From positions 50,692 through 114,691 of the forward strand of contig BTVJ01000017.1 of NCBI GenBank assembly GCA_045863395.1: a stretch of 64,000 nucleotides of DNA. The letters are read 5' to 3'. Position 1 is the first letter of the stretch. Every line of letters begins with the position of its first letter. The notes below the pieces were generated by a model. That model was not told the DNA's origin, ran no database searches, and saw only the letters and a list, made by a program, of their open reading frames with translations. Position numbers and translations under genes: made by a program. Below, in pieces: positions 21,838 through 32,792 of this stretch. The DNA is from Myxococcales bacterium. GTDB lineage: Bacteria > Myxococcota_A > UBA9042 > JABWCM01 > BTVJ01.

Positions 21838-21979
21838 TGTTGGATTCCTCGACACGCCTCAGGAGCGCCAGGCGCCCTGGAGCACACCCCGAGCCGCACG
21901 CGCGGACTTTCTTCAATACATTTCAACCACTTGCGAGCGACCGCCGAGAATCGCCACACCGCTGTCGAGAAATCCAACG
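21838..21979. promoter_or_regulatory. Pair of putative enhancer-binding-protein sites with a central IHF-like site
   Basis: TGTTGGATTCCTCGACA (21838-21854) and TGTCGAGAAATCCAACG (21963-21979) are near-identical inverted copies; TTTCAACCACTTG (21921-21933) is one mismatch from WATCAANNNNTTR. Confidence 0.6.
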
Positions 21980-22055
21980 CAATTTGGGGGCTCTGCGACA
22001 CCTCCGCGATTGCCCCTCCGCGCCAATGCTGGCCTTCGCCACGCTCGGAGGGCTG

Positions 22056-22070
22056 TGGCACGCCCCTTGC
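22056..22070 (+). promoter_or_regulatory. Sigma-54 promoter
   Basis: TGGCACGCCCCTTGC matches the -24/-12 consensus, about 60 bp upstream of ATG 22133. Confidence 0.8.
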
Positions 22071-22132
22071 CATCACCTGGGCCCGAGGTTGGCGGGGGCG
22101 CCCTCAGGAGACCGAACGGAGAGGAGGCTGAC

Positions 22133-22879
22133 ATGAAGACCGCAGGAACAGAGGTGACGTGGATGAAGACGAGTCTCGCTGCTCTGGCCGCCGTGGCGCT
22201 GCTCGTGCTGGCGCTGCCTGTCCTCGCCGCCGCCTCCATCGCGGCGCGCATCGTGGTGCCGGTGGTGGTGCTCGGCGCGGTGGCGGTGCTGCTGCTGGTG
22301 CCGTCGCTCCGGCGGCGGGTGGTGCTCGGTGAGGACGAGATGCAGTACAGGGGCCTCCGCGTGCCCCTGGAGGGCCTTCTACACTCCGCACACACGTGGG
22401 TGAAGGAGCGCCGCGGGAGCCTGGTGGCGGGAGTCGATGACCTGATGCTGCGGGTGCTCGGTCCGGTGGACCGCGTGGAGCTGCCCGCGGTGGGGACCGT
22501 GCTCGCGGCGGGGGCCCCGATGGCGCGCCTGCACGGCGGCGGGCGGTCCATCACGGTGCGCGCCCCGGTGGCCGGGCGCGTCGAGGCGACCAACGACCGC
22601 CTGGACAGGGACCCCTCGCTGCTCGTGCGGTCTCCCTACCGAGACGGCTGGGCCGTGCGGATCGCGCCGTCGGAGCAGCCCACCGGCCTGCTGAGCGGCA
22701 CGCGGGCGACGCGATGGTTCGCTTCGGAGGTGGACGGGCTCCTGTCGATGCTGTCCGGGCCCACGCTCGGCCACGCGACCATGCACGACGGCGGCGCTGT
22801 GACGGACGCGCTCCACGAGGACCTGGACGACCTGACCTTCCGCCGCGTCAGCGCGCGCTTCTTCGGCGGCGAGTGCTGA
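22133..22879 (+). CDS. Membrane-anchored GcvH-like protein without lipoyl lysine
   Basis: GAGGAGG RBS; two TM helices; 'HTWV', 'GVDD', 'APVAGRV..TN', 'SPYRDGW', 'ATMHDGG'. Confidence 0.82.
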   Translation: MKTAGTEVTWMKTSLAALAAVALLVLALPVLAAASIAARIVVPVVVLGAVAVLLLVPSLRRRVVLGEDEMQYRGLRVPLEGLLHSAHTWVKERRGSLVAGVDDLMLRVLGPVDRVELPAVGTVLAAGAPMARLHGGGRSITVRAPVAGRVEATNDRLDRDPSLLVRSPYRDGWAVRIAPSEQPTGLLSGTRATRWFASEVDGLLSMLSGPTLGHATMHDGGAVTDALHEDLDDLTFRRVSARFFGGEC

Positions 22880-25127
22880 GCAGGAGCAGGGTCAGCAGCC
22901 AGGCCAAGGTCGAGGGCGCCGGCGAGGGGCCCACGCCGCAGCCTCCCGAGGACCCCCCTCCCGGCGCCGCTCCCCCCCCATCGCTGCTCTTCCCCCCATC
23001 GGGCACCGTGTCCACGGAGCCACCGTCCGCGGCCCCGGCTCCCGCATCCGTCACGGTGACAACGGAGTCCGCCCCGCCCGGTTGAGAGTCGTCCGCCCCC
23101 CCTCCCGAATCCTTGGGGGCACCGGCGTCGGGCGCCCCGGAGTCCTCTGCGTCGTCAGACGGACCCACCGCCGAGTCCCCGCCGGGAGCTCCGGTGTCGT
23201 TGATCGCGATATCCAGGCTGTCATTGCCGGTGTCGTCCTCGCCCGTGTCGCCCGCGGTGTCGCCAGCGGCCCCGGCGTCATCCCCGCCCGCGTCGTCCCC
23301 ACCCCCTGCATCCCAGACGCCGGCGTCTTCCCCACCCCCAATGCAGGCGCCGTTCTCGCAGGTGCCCGCGCCGCACGAGCCACACGAGCCACCGCACCCG
23401 TCGTCGCCGCACTCCATGCCCGTGCACGCCGGCACGCAGGGGCAGCCGCCCAGGTCCGGGCAGGCGCCGCACACGTTGTCGCAGCAGTCGCCGTACCCGA
23501 AGCACTCCTCGTCGCAGTAGCACCCGCTCGGCGCCTGGTTGCCGCACTGGTCCTTGCACCCGCCGGTCACGTCCACGCACGCATCGCCCTCGCACTGCTT
23601 GCCGGGCCCACAGACCCCGCAGGAGCCCCCGCACCCGTCCGGGCCGCACGCCTTGCCGTCGCACTTCGGCGTGCAGGGACCGCACCCCGAGACGCCGGGG
23701 CAGTCCTCGCACACCTTGTCGCAGCAGTCGCCGTAGCCGAAGCAGAGGTCGTCGCAGTAGCAGCCCACGCTGGACTGGCCGCCGCACTTGCCCGCACAGA
23801 ACCCACCCGTCACGCAGGCCCCGCCCGAGCACCACTGGTCCGCCCCGCAAGTGCCGCAGGTGCCGCCGCACCCGTCGTCGCCGCACGACTTGCCGCCGCA
23901 GCTCGGCGTACACGCCTCGCACACGCCCCCCTTGCAGGCCGTACCCGGCGCGCACGCCCCGCAGGAGTCTCCGCACCCGTCGTCGCCGCACGCCTTGCCG
24001 GCGCAGCTCGGCACGCAGCAGCCCTTGGTGCCTGGGCAGGCCTTGCACACGCCCTCGCAGCAGTCCCCATAGCCGTGACACTCGTTGTCGCACCAGCACC
24101 CGGACGGCGCCTGCCCGCCGCAGTGGCCCTGGCACTCGCTGGACCCGCAGGCGCCTCCCTCCAGGCACACCTGGCCCGCCGGGCAGGTCCCGCAGGAGCC
24201 CCCGCACCCGTCGTCGCCACACTGAATCCCCTTGCACTTCGGCTGGCACGCCACGCACTGACCGGTCGCGGGGATACAGTCGTCCGTGCCCGAGCAGCTC
24301 CCGCAGGTTCCCCCGCACCCATCGGGGCCGCACGTCTTGCCCTTGCAGGCGGGGGTGCAGCACTGGAAGCTGGCGCACACCTGGAAGGGGCCGCAGGTGC
24401 CGCAGTCGACCCCGCAGTAGGAGCCGCACGCGATCCCCTCGCAGCTCGGCTGGGCCGGGCACGCGCCACACGGGAAGCCACAGTCCAGCTCACAGGCGCT
24501 CGCACAGAACTCATCCCAGGCATCGGTGCAGCAGGTCGGGTACTTGGCGCAGACACACGCCTCGCACGGGCACCCCCCGCAGCCGGCCTTCGTCGAAGGC
24601 AGACACGGCTTGGGCAGCGGGAGGCACTTGAAGAGCCCATCCACGCACTCGGTGCCCGGCCCGCAGGTGCCACAGGAGAACCCCTGCGGGTCCTTGCCGC
24701 ACTCCTTGCCGCCGCACTGGGGGGTCGCACAGACCCCCGTGTCCAGGCACACGCCGTCCCCGGGGCACGCGCCGCACCCACCGGGACACTGTGGGCTGCA
24801 CGCGCCGCCGGCGCACGCCGCCGGACACCCGCCGCAGGCGATGGCGTGGGTCCCACTCGGATCGGTCGCGCCCTTCGGCTGCCCGCAGTCGTAGTAGCCG
24901 AGGGGGTTCCACCCGCAGGAGGGGAACACCCCCGCGCAGTCCAGACAGAAGAGGTTGCTGCCCTCGCACCAGAGGTTGCGCCCGTAGGGGTCACAACACC
25001 CCTCCAGGGTCACCCCGGCGCAGCCGCCTGGCACGCTCGGAGTCAGCGCCCCCTTGCACTCGATGACGACGGGGGCCGCCGCGGCGGACAGCGGCACCAG
25101 AAGGGCGAGGAACAGCAACGCTCGCAT
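22848..25127 (-). CDS. Cys-rich surface protein with somatomedin-B-like repeats and MYXO-CTERM-like sorting signal
   Basis: Signal peptide MRALLFLALL; many CGDDGCGGSCG repeats; three C.CD..C..YGDCC units; C-terminal 'GGSSGGC...LLLLSTRRRR'. Confidence 0.85.
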   Translation of the reverse strand: MRALLFLALLVPLSAAAAPVVIECKGALTPSVPGGCAGVTLEGCCDPYGRNLWCEGSNLFCLDCAGVFPSCGWNPLGYYDCGQPKGATDPSGTHAIACGGCPAACAGGACSPQCPGGCGACPGDGVCLDTGVCATPQCGGKECGKDPQGFSCGTCGPGTECVDGLFKCLPLPKPCLPSTKAGCGGCPCEACVCAKYPTCCTDAWDEFCASACELDCGFPCGACPAQPSCEGIACGSYCGVDCGTCGPFQVCASFQCCTPACKGKTCGPDGCGGTCGSCSGTDDCIPATGQCVACQPKCKGIQCGDDGCGGSCGTCPAGQVCLEGGACGSSECQGHCGGQAPSGCWCDNECHGYGDCCEGVCKACPGTKGCCVPSCAGKACGDDGCGDSCGACAPGTACKGGVCEACTPSCGGKSCGDDGCGGTCGTCGADQWCSGGACVTGGFCAGKCGGQSSVGCYCDDLCFGYGDCCDKVCEDCPGVSGCGPCTPKCDGKACGPDGCGGSCGVCGPGKQCEGDACVDVTGGCKDQCGNQAPSGCYCDEECFGYGDCCDNVCGACPDLGGCPCVPACTGMECGDDGCGGSCGSCGAGTCENGACIGGGEDAGVWDAGGGDDAGGDDAGAAGDTAGDTGEDDTGNDSLDIAINDTGAPGGDSAVGPSDDAEDSGAPDAGAPKDSGGGADDSQPGGADSVVTVTDAGAGAADGGSVDTVPDGGKSSDGGGAAPGGGSSGGCGVGPSPAPSTLAWLLTLLLLSTRRRRSAR

Positions 25128-25159
25128 GGAGACCTCTCGGCGGCTCCCCCCGAGATGAA

Positions 25160-26341
25160 TCAGGGGGCGACACACGTGTTGATGGGGATGTTGCACTTGT
25201 CGCCGGGCGGGCAATCGGCGTCCTTGAAGCACGGGACGTGACCGTCGACCTGGAGCTTGCCCGGGGCGAAGCTGAACACGACCGCCTCGACGCAGCCTGG
25301 GGCGAGCTGTACCGAGTCCACCGTCCTGCGATAGATGTCCAGCGTTGCGAATCCAGACACCCCGAACTCCAGCATGGTCTTGACCAGATCGGCGGGGATG
25401 GAGAACTCGCCGGTGTCCGGCACGTCGCACTTCAGCGTCACCGGCGAGTTGCCGTGCTGGTCCACGTTGAGCGAGATGAACACCCGCGCGCCCGTGTCCA
25501 GGGTCGGCGGATCCCAGTGGAATGCCAGGGGCTCGCCCTTGACCATGTTGATCACCTGCTCGGGGAGGACCAGCGTCTCCGCGCCGACGCCGTGCAGGGT
25601 GAAGCCGGGCAGCTCGTCCCCTGCTGCCGAGACGGTGATCGCGGCGCCGGGCTGGTACATGGGGAACGGGACGTCCACCTTGGCGTAGGTCTTGACCCCG
25701 CCAGGCTCCAGCGTCGCCGGCACCAGCAGGCCGTCCACCGTGACCGTGCCGACGGACTTGTTCTCGGGGTACGGGATGCACGTACCGTCGTGGTTGCACA
25801 GATCTCCGGGGCCGCACGGGTCCTCGCAGAACGGGTTGACCTTCTGCAGGAGCTGGCAGCCGTCCTTCTCTTCGACGAGCTGGAGGACGGTCAGCGGGAT
25901 GACCCCCTCTGCGACCTCCCCGGTGATGGAGGCATAGAAGTCCCAGTGGGCGACCTCGAACACGCCAACCCGCTTGCCGAGGGGGCAGGGACCTGCGAGG
26001 GTGGGGCCACCGCCCGCGTCCTGCTCGCCACCCGTGTCGGCCGTGTCATCCGTACCGCCCGTGTCCGCCTGGGTCCCGGTGTCCGTCACGCCTCCCGTAT
26101 CCGTCCCACCGCCCGTGTCCGTCGCGCCGCCCGTGTCGGTCACGCCGCCCGTGTCCTTCTCCGCCCCCGTGTCACCACCGCCGTCGGGTGTCCCCCCCAC
26201 GTCCGCGGGTCCCGAGTCGCCCCCGCCCGTCACGTCGGCGCCACCGCCGCCCGCATCGCCACTACCACCCCCGCCGTCGCCGTCGCCGTCCGCGCACCCG
26301 CCGACCAGCAGCCCGGCCGCGATCAGAGCTGTCCATCTCAT
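25160..26341 (-). CDS. Hypothetical lipoprotein
   Basis: Lipobox VGGC; DTGG low-complexity linker; Cys-containing globular part. Confidence 0.75.
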   Translation of the reverse strand: MRWTALIAAGLLVGGCADGDGDGGGGSGDAGGGGADVTGGGDSGPADVGGTPDGGGDTGAEKDTGGVTDTGGATDTGGGTDTGGVTDTGTQADTGGTDDTADTGGEQDAGGGPTLAGPCPLGKRVGVFEVAHWDFYASITGEVAEGVIPLTVLQLVEEKDGCQLLQKVNPFCEDPCGPGDLCNHDGTCIPYPENKSVGTVTVDGLLVPATLEPGGVKTYAKVDVPFPMYQPGAAITVSAAGDELPGFTLHGVGAETLVLPEQVINMVKGEPLAFHWDPPTLDTGARVFISLNVDQHGNSPVTLKCDVPDTGEFSIPADLVKTMLEFGVSGFATLDIYRRTVDSVQLAPGCVEAVVFSFAPGKLQVDGHVPCFKDADCPPGDKCNIPINTCVAP

Positions 26342-26396
26342 GCTCGACTCTCCTCGTGTTCGGCCCCGCCCGAGGGTGGCCGGTGTGTGTCGACGT

Positions 26397-27677
26397 TCAG
26401 GGGTAAGGGCGCGCCTTGGGCGGGACCCCGAGCTCCACCTCGAAGACCTCCTTCGCCCACCCGTTCGGGAGGTAGAGGTTGGTCTCCTTCCAGCCGCCCA
26501 GGCCCGAGCCCCAGTCCATGTTGGGCAGATAGGCCCCGATGCTGGACCCGTGGATGATCGGGGTCTTGGTCTTCCCGTCGGGGCTGATGCGATAGATGAT
26601 CGTCGCGTTGTAGTCGGCAATGTAGACGTTGCCGCAGATGTCGACGCCCATGCCGTCGAGCCAGCCGGTGCCCACCTTGGTCGCCCACTCGATGAGCTTG
26701 CCAGGCACGCCGTCCGGGCTGATCGACATGGCGTAGATGGTGCCCACGCCGCTGAACCCGCCGATGTACAGCGTCTTGTAGTCCGGGCTGAACGTCAGGC
26801 CGTTGGGGTTCACGATCTTGGTGGTCAGGAGCTGCTTGGCCCCCGTGAAGGGGTGCACGCGCCAGACCTTGTTTGCGTCGTGCTCCGTGAAGAGCACCCA
26901 GCCCTGCATGTCGACGACGATGCCGTTCGGGTAGCTGAGGCCGGTGACCAGGGTGTGGATCTCGCCCTTCTCGTCCACCCGCACGAGCTGGCCCTTCTGG
27001 TTGTCGCAGACGACCAGGTGGCCGTTGGGCAGGTAGCGCATGCCGGCGCGGAAGTTCAGCTTGGGCACGAAGACCTGGGGCGTGCCCCCGTAGTAGCTCT
27101 TGAAGATCGCCTTGTCGTTGCTGCCGACGACGCGGCCCTCCTTGTCGAAGGCGATGTCCTCGGAGGCGACGGGACCTTGGAGCTTGACGAGCTGGAACGG
27201 CCCCTTGGGGATGCCGGCGCAATCGTAGGGCGGCTCCACGGGGCCGGTGTCCTCAGAGACGTCCCCTGGGCCCGCGTCCTCGACGCCCGCATCCTCGGGA
27301 CCCGCGTCTCCAGGAGGCGTGTCCTCCGAGGGCACGTCCTCCGCAGCCGTGTCCTCGAGCAGGGCATCCAAGGAGCCCGTGTCTTCGGGGCCCGCGTCGG
27401 GCAGCACGTCCTGGCCCGCCCCGACGTCCTCCGCCACGTCCGACACCCCCGCGTCCGGAGTCGCTGCATCTGGAGTCGCCGCCGTGTCGCCCGCGTCGTC
27501 GGCTGCGCCTGTGTCGACGGGCCCCTGGTCGGGGACCTCGACCACATCGCCCCCGCCATCGGTGCCGGCGCCAGCGTCCGCGACGTCTCCGCCCAGCGCC
27601 CCGCCGCCTCCGCCCCCGTCGCACGCGGCCAGCGCGAGCGCCACCAGCGCCACAGTCCATCTCGCCCGGTTGATCAT
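26397..27677 (-). CDS. SMP-30/gluconolactonase/LRE-family lipoprotein
   Basis: Lipobox LAAC; 'YPNGIVVD', 'NPNGLTFSPD', 'LDGMGVD.CGNVY'. Confidence 0.85.
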   Translation of the reverse strand: MINRARWTVALVALALAACDGGGGGGALGGDVADAGAGTDGGGDVVEVPDQGPVDTGAADDAGDTAATPDAATPDAGVSDVAEDVGAGQDVLPDAGPEDTGSLDALLEDTAAEDVPSEDTPPGDAGPEDAGVEDAGPGDVSEDTGPVEPPYDCAGIPKGPFQLVKLQGPVASEDIAFDKEGRVVGSNDKAIFKSYYGGTPQVFVPKLNFRAGMRYLPNGHLVVCDNQKGQLVRVDEKGEIHTLVTGLSYPNGIVVDMQGWVLFTEHDANKVWRVHPFTGAKQLLTTKIVNPNGLTFSPDYKTLYIGGFSGVGTIYAMSISPDGVPGKLIEWATKVGTGWLDGMGVDICGNVYIADYNATIIYRISPDGKTKTPIIHGSSIGAYLPNMDWGSGLGGWKETNLYLPNGWAKEVFEVELGVPPKARPYP

Positions 27678-27763
27678 GCGCCCACTCCTTGGTCGCCGCA
27701 CATGGTAGCGGGTCATGTTTGCAGAATCGAGGCTCCGGGCGCCAATGTGACACGCGCGTGACG

Positions 27764-28285
27764 CTACGGAAGGACCCCCCGGTCTCGCAGCATGGTGACG
27801 ACCTGGCTTGCGGCGACATCCGGGTCGCCGCCGCGAACGACGGCGTCCGGGCACAGCGGCGGCTCGTAGGGGACGCCGACCCCCGGCAGCGCGGGCGCCC
27901 TCCCCTGCTCCGCCGCCGCGTAGAGGCCCTTGGGGTCACGGGCCGCGCACTCCCCGGGCGGCGTATCCACCCACACCTCGGCGAAGCGCGCGACCTGCGC
28001 CCGCACGGCGTCCCGCCAGGCCCGGCGCGCCCCGGTGGCGTCGATGACGACCGGGACGCCTGAGCGGCAGAGCCAGACGGCCAGCCTCGCGACCGTCGCG
28101 TAGAAGCGCTCCCGCTCCTGGTCACTGAAGTCCGGGAACGGCGTGTAGATGCGGCGGAGCGCATCGGACTCCAGGACGATGGCGTCGCCCCCAGCGGCTG
28201 CGAGCGCCCGCACCAGCGCGCGCGCCACGGTCGACTTGCCAGAGGCCGGCAGCCCCGTGACCCACACCACGAAGCCGTCACTCAT
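27764..28285 (-). CDS. Adenylyl-sulfate-kinase-like P-loop kinase
   Basis: 'VWVTGLPASGKST', 'RDPKGLY', 'PYEPP'. Confidence 0.8.
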   Translation of the reverse strand: MSDGFVVWVTGLPASGKSTVARALVRALAAAGGDAIVLESDALRRIYTPFPDFSDQERERFYATVARLAVWLCRSGVPVVIDATGARRAWRDAVRAQVARFAEVWVDTPPGECAARDPKGLYAAAEQGRAPALPGVGVPYEPPLCPDAVVRGGDPDVAASQVVTMLRDRGVLP

Positions 28286-29366
28286 CGCGCCCCTCGCAGA
28301 TTGCCGCCGCGCGCGCCGGATCGAAGCACTCACCGGCAAGGGCCCCAGCCGCCAGGCGCAGGAGGGAGTCACGCACGCCCTCATCGAGGGTCGGATACCA
28401 CGCGGGGCTCGCCATGACCAGGCAGCGGAAGGCCAGGAACGGCGGGGCCACCTGCAGGAGCTCCCGGTCGCCGGTGCGCTCCACGTACCGCCACCAGAAG
28501 CGGGACCAGAGGCGCTCCAGGGGCCCCCGCAAGCGCCCATGGGCCTGGAGCGCGAAGAACAGATAGTTGGCGGTGATGCACGTCACGTCGTTGGCCGGCT
28601 CGCCCCACTCGCCGCGGGAGCGGTCCAGCATGGTCAGGCGCCCCTCGTCGAACATCAGGTTCCACGGGTGGAAGTCCCCGTGGACCCGCCGGAGGCGATG
28701 CTCGTAGGCGCGCAGCCGCCAGCGCCACCAGACGAGCGCCCGCTCGATGGCCTCCAGCCGTCCCAGGCCACGCACCACCGGCCAGGCGTCCACCACCCCA
28801 AAGATCCCCTCGCCGTGCCCGATGAGATCGCGCACGTGCCGCCGGTAAAGGCTCGGGTCGTCGCGGCGCTCCGCGTGGACCTCGATCAATGCGTCGCAGA
28901 GCGTGTCCGCCTGCCCGATGGCGTCCTCGTCCAGCGCCTCCCCGTCACGGAGGCGCTCCAGGTCCTGGTTGTACGGGTGCCCCTCCACGAAGCGGGTCAC
29001 GATGAAGGGCTCCTCCATGCCGGCGAGAGACAGGAGGCTCCCATCCTGCATGACGGCGCCCACGTCCACGGCCTCGACGTGCCCAGGCAGGCGGTTGAAG
29101 GCGTCGTAGGCCCACAGGACACCCTGCGCCCTGTCCGCCATGTGCTCGTGGCCGTAGGCTCCCGGGCGCACGGTCTCCAGGACCAGGCGCTCCGTGGTGT
29201 GACCGCGCCGCAGCTCCACGAGGAGCGGGACCCCGTAGCCAAGGCCCTTCACGTCGGTCGTGCCGCCCGATGGGCTGAGGGCGCGCACGCCGAGCACCTC
29301 CACGTCGTGGCCGAGGCGCTGCCTCAGGTAGGCCGTCAGGCGGTCGAGCGGGAATGACGCGCTCAT
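28278..29366 (-). CDS. Aminoglycoside-phosphotransferase-family kinase
   Basis: 'VHGDFHPWN' Brenner motif; 'LDRSRGEWGEPANDV'. Confidence 0.85.
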   Translation of the reverse strand: MSASFPLDRLTAYLRQRLGHDVEVLGVRALSPSGGTTDVKGLGYGVPLLVELRRGHTTERLVLETVRPGAYGHEHMADRAQGVLWAYDAFNRLPGHVEAVDVGAVMQDGSLLSLAGMEEPFIVTRFVEGHPYNQDLERLRDGEALDEDAIGQADTLCDALIEVHAERRDDPSLYRRHVRDLIGHGEGIFGVVDAWPVVRGLGRLEAIERALVWWRWRLRAYEHRLRRVHGDFHPWNLMFDEGRLTMLDRSRGEWGEPANDVTCITANYLFFALQAHGRLRGPLERLWSRFWWRYVERTGDRELLQVAPPFLAFRCLVMASPAWYPTLDEGVRDSLLRLAAGALAGECFDPARAAAICEGRDE

Positions 29367-29832
29367 GACGCACCTCCGTGATCAAAGTTGGCCGCGCGAC
29401 GGCCGCGTCAACCTGCGAGGATGGGAGCTGCGCGAGAGACACACGATGAGGTCAGTGGGAGGAGCGGAGCTGCGTGGAGGGAGGAGAGGACCGCGCCCGG
29501 TGGAGCCGGCGAGTGGGATGGGTGGGAGGGATTGCCGATCCCACCGGGCGCTTGAATGTCACCCGACGCACCGGGGAGGAGGCGCGCCGAGTACCGCCGA
29601 AAGTCGCCTGTGCGTCTGGCGTCACGTCATAGACGCCCGGGTGGGAGAGTCCCGCCCTCGGTTGACCGAGGGGATCGCCTGGCTCCTTCCGTACCTGGTC
29701 CTGGCAGGTGCCGCTTGCGCAGCGCCCCACCTCTCTCCCTGAGGTGGCTCGTCGGCGTGGTCCCGGGAGGCCCGACGAGCCGTGCATGCAGCCGCCGGCA
29801 GGAGATGTCGGCTGCACACGTCGTCCCACCAC

Positions 29833-29848
29833 TACAAGGGACGTGCCA
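29833..29848 (-). promoter_or_regulatory. Putative sigma-54 promoter
   Basis: Minus strand TGGCACGTCCCTTGTA; AT-rich tract and GGTAAC-containing palindromes just upstream (29913-29959). Confidence 0.5.
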
Positions 29849-29944
29849 GAGCAGACAACGATAACAAGACAAGCAAATCCGGTTGGTTCTAATCACACAG
29901 CCCCGCCAGCTCGCTACCCGAGGGTAACAACCCCCGGTAACGCG

Positions 29945-31285
<1,341 letters not shown>

Positions 31286-31537
31286 GCGCCCTCCCATCGC
31301 CGCCCAGGACCATAGCAGCGGCGGCGCGAGGGGGTCCACACAAGCCGGAGGCACGTGGAGGGGGTGGTTACACGGAGGGGTGCCATCGTGCAGAGGGATG
31401 GACGCCGCCCCCGCCAGCCTGGCGCGCGAAGAGGGCGACCGCCCCCGTGCGCTGCCAGGCGCTCCGGCCCTTCACACGCACGCGGTACGGTGCTGCGGGT
31501 GCCTTGGCTCTCCCCGCCGCGCACATCCGACCCACGC

Positions 31538-31891
31538 TCAGGGGGCGCGCCGCTCGATCACGTAGGCCGTGACTGCCTGGATCTGGTCGTCGCTCAGGAG
31601 GGCGCTCCAGGCCGGCATCCCCTTCGCCGCGTGCCCCTGCGCGATGGAGCGCCACACGTCCGATGGGCCCCCACCATGGAGCCACACGTCGTCCGTGAGC
31701 CGCGGCCCGATGTGGCCCTCCCCGTTGGTCCCGTGGCAGACGGCGCAATACCTTGCATAGAGACCTGCGCCGTCCTCGACCGTGGGGGGCGCCTCGGCGG
31801 GGGACGCGTTCTGGGCGTCCGGCACTCCGCGGGGCGCGCACGCGAGCACGAGGAGCAGAGCGACCGCGCCGATGGAGATCCTCAGGGTCAT
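31538..31891 (-). CDS. Monoheme cytochrome c lipoprotein (cbb3 subunit III-like)
   Basis: LAC lipobox; CAVCH; 'GP.LTDD.WLHGG', 'GMPAW'. Confidence 0.88.
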   Translation of the reverse strand: MTLRISIGAVALLLVLACAPRGVPDAQNASPAEAPPTVEDGAGLYARYCAVCHGTNGEGHIGPRLTDDVWLHGGGPSDVWRSIAQGHAAKGMPAWSALLSDDQIQAVTAYVIERRAP

Positions 31892-31977
31892 GGGCACACC
31901 TCGCAAGGGGTCCAGTCAGTCATCGAGGGCGGGCGCCGCTCGCCACGAGGAGTGCGCTGGATGCGCCTCGCCGGCGG

Positions 31978-32772
31978 CTAGCTCGTGCCCACCTCGCGCC
32001 GGATCAGGGCATGGAAGGCCACCGCCAGGGAGGCGCCAACCGGGCCATCGCCGGGACCGGGGCGGCCGTCCACCTCAATGATGGGCGCCAGCTCCTTGAG
32101 CGTGGAGGAGGCGTAGAGCTCGGTGTAGGGGGCGCGCTGGGGCAAGGGGCCCTCCTGCGCAGGGATGCCCGCCTCTCGCGCCGCGTCCAGTAGGGCCTCG
32201 CGGGTGATGCCGGCGAGGATGCGGCCATCGTCGGGGGGCGTCACGACGACGCCGTCGAGGACCGCGAAGATGCTGCTGCGGACCCCCTCGGTCAGCGATC
32301 CGTCGCGCCCCACCCAGAGGACCTCGTCGACGCCAGCCCGGCGGCGGGCCACCTCTCCCGAGGCCCGGCTGCCGTGCTTGGCGCGGCCATCGAGCCAAGG
32401 CGGAGGCTCCCAAGGCAGGGTCACCACCCGCAGCGGCGCGGCCACCGCCTGGGTGATCAGGCGCGACACCGCCAGCAGGCGCCGCCCACCGTGGGTGAGG
32501 GTCAGGCGCACGCGGGCCTCGCCGGGGTACCCGTCCACGGCGCGGCTCACCTCGCCGAGCAAGGCGTTGGCGTCGGGGCACGGCACCGCAAGCATCCGCG
32601 CGCTGGCGACGAGGCGCGCCATGTGGCGGTCGGCGCGAAACAGCCTCCCGTGGTAGGTGCGCAGGGTCTCGAACACGGTCAATCCGAGCAACAGGCCGTC
32701 GTCAGCCCCCGAGACGACGTATCGCTCCCGCGTGACCTCCAGACCATCGACGAACAGGCGCTCCGACTCCAT
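31978..32772 (-). CDS. Class IV PLP aminotransferase (BCAT/ADC lyase family)
   Basis: 'VFETLR', 'HMARL', 'EG..SSIF', 'ILAGITR'. Confidence 0.88.
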   Translation of the reverse strand: MESERLFVDGLEVTRERYVVSGADDGLLLGLTVFETLRTYHGRLFRADRHMARLVASARMLAVPCPDANALLGEVSRAVDGYPGEARVRLTLTHGGRRLLAVSRLITQAVAAPLRVVTLPWEPPPWLDGRAKHGSRASGEVARRRAGVDEVLWVGRDGSLTEGVRSSIFAVLDGVVVTPPDDGRILAGITREALLDAAREAGIPAQEGPLPQRAPYTELYASSTLKELAPIIEVDGRPGPGDGPVGASLAVAFHALIRREVGTS

Positions 32773-32792
32773 GCGGTTCCTCCCAAGGCCCG

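Noticed and set aside
17898..22879. Glycine cleavage system or NiFe hydrogenase-2 operon
   Set aside because: No lipoyl Lys, no gcvP/T, and no hydrogenase large/small subunits or maturation genes
27764..28285. cysC as part of sulfate assimilation
   Set aside because: No cysD/N/H nearby and the gene is coupled to an APH-like kinase; symbol withheld
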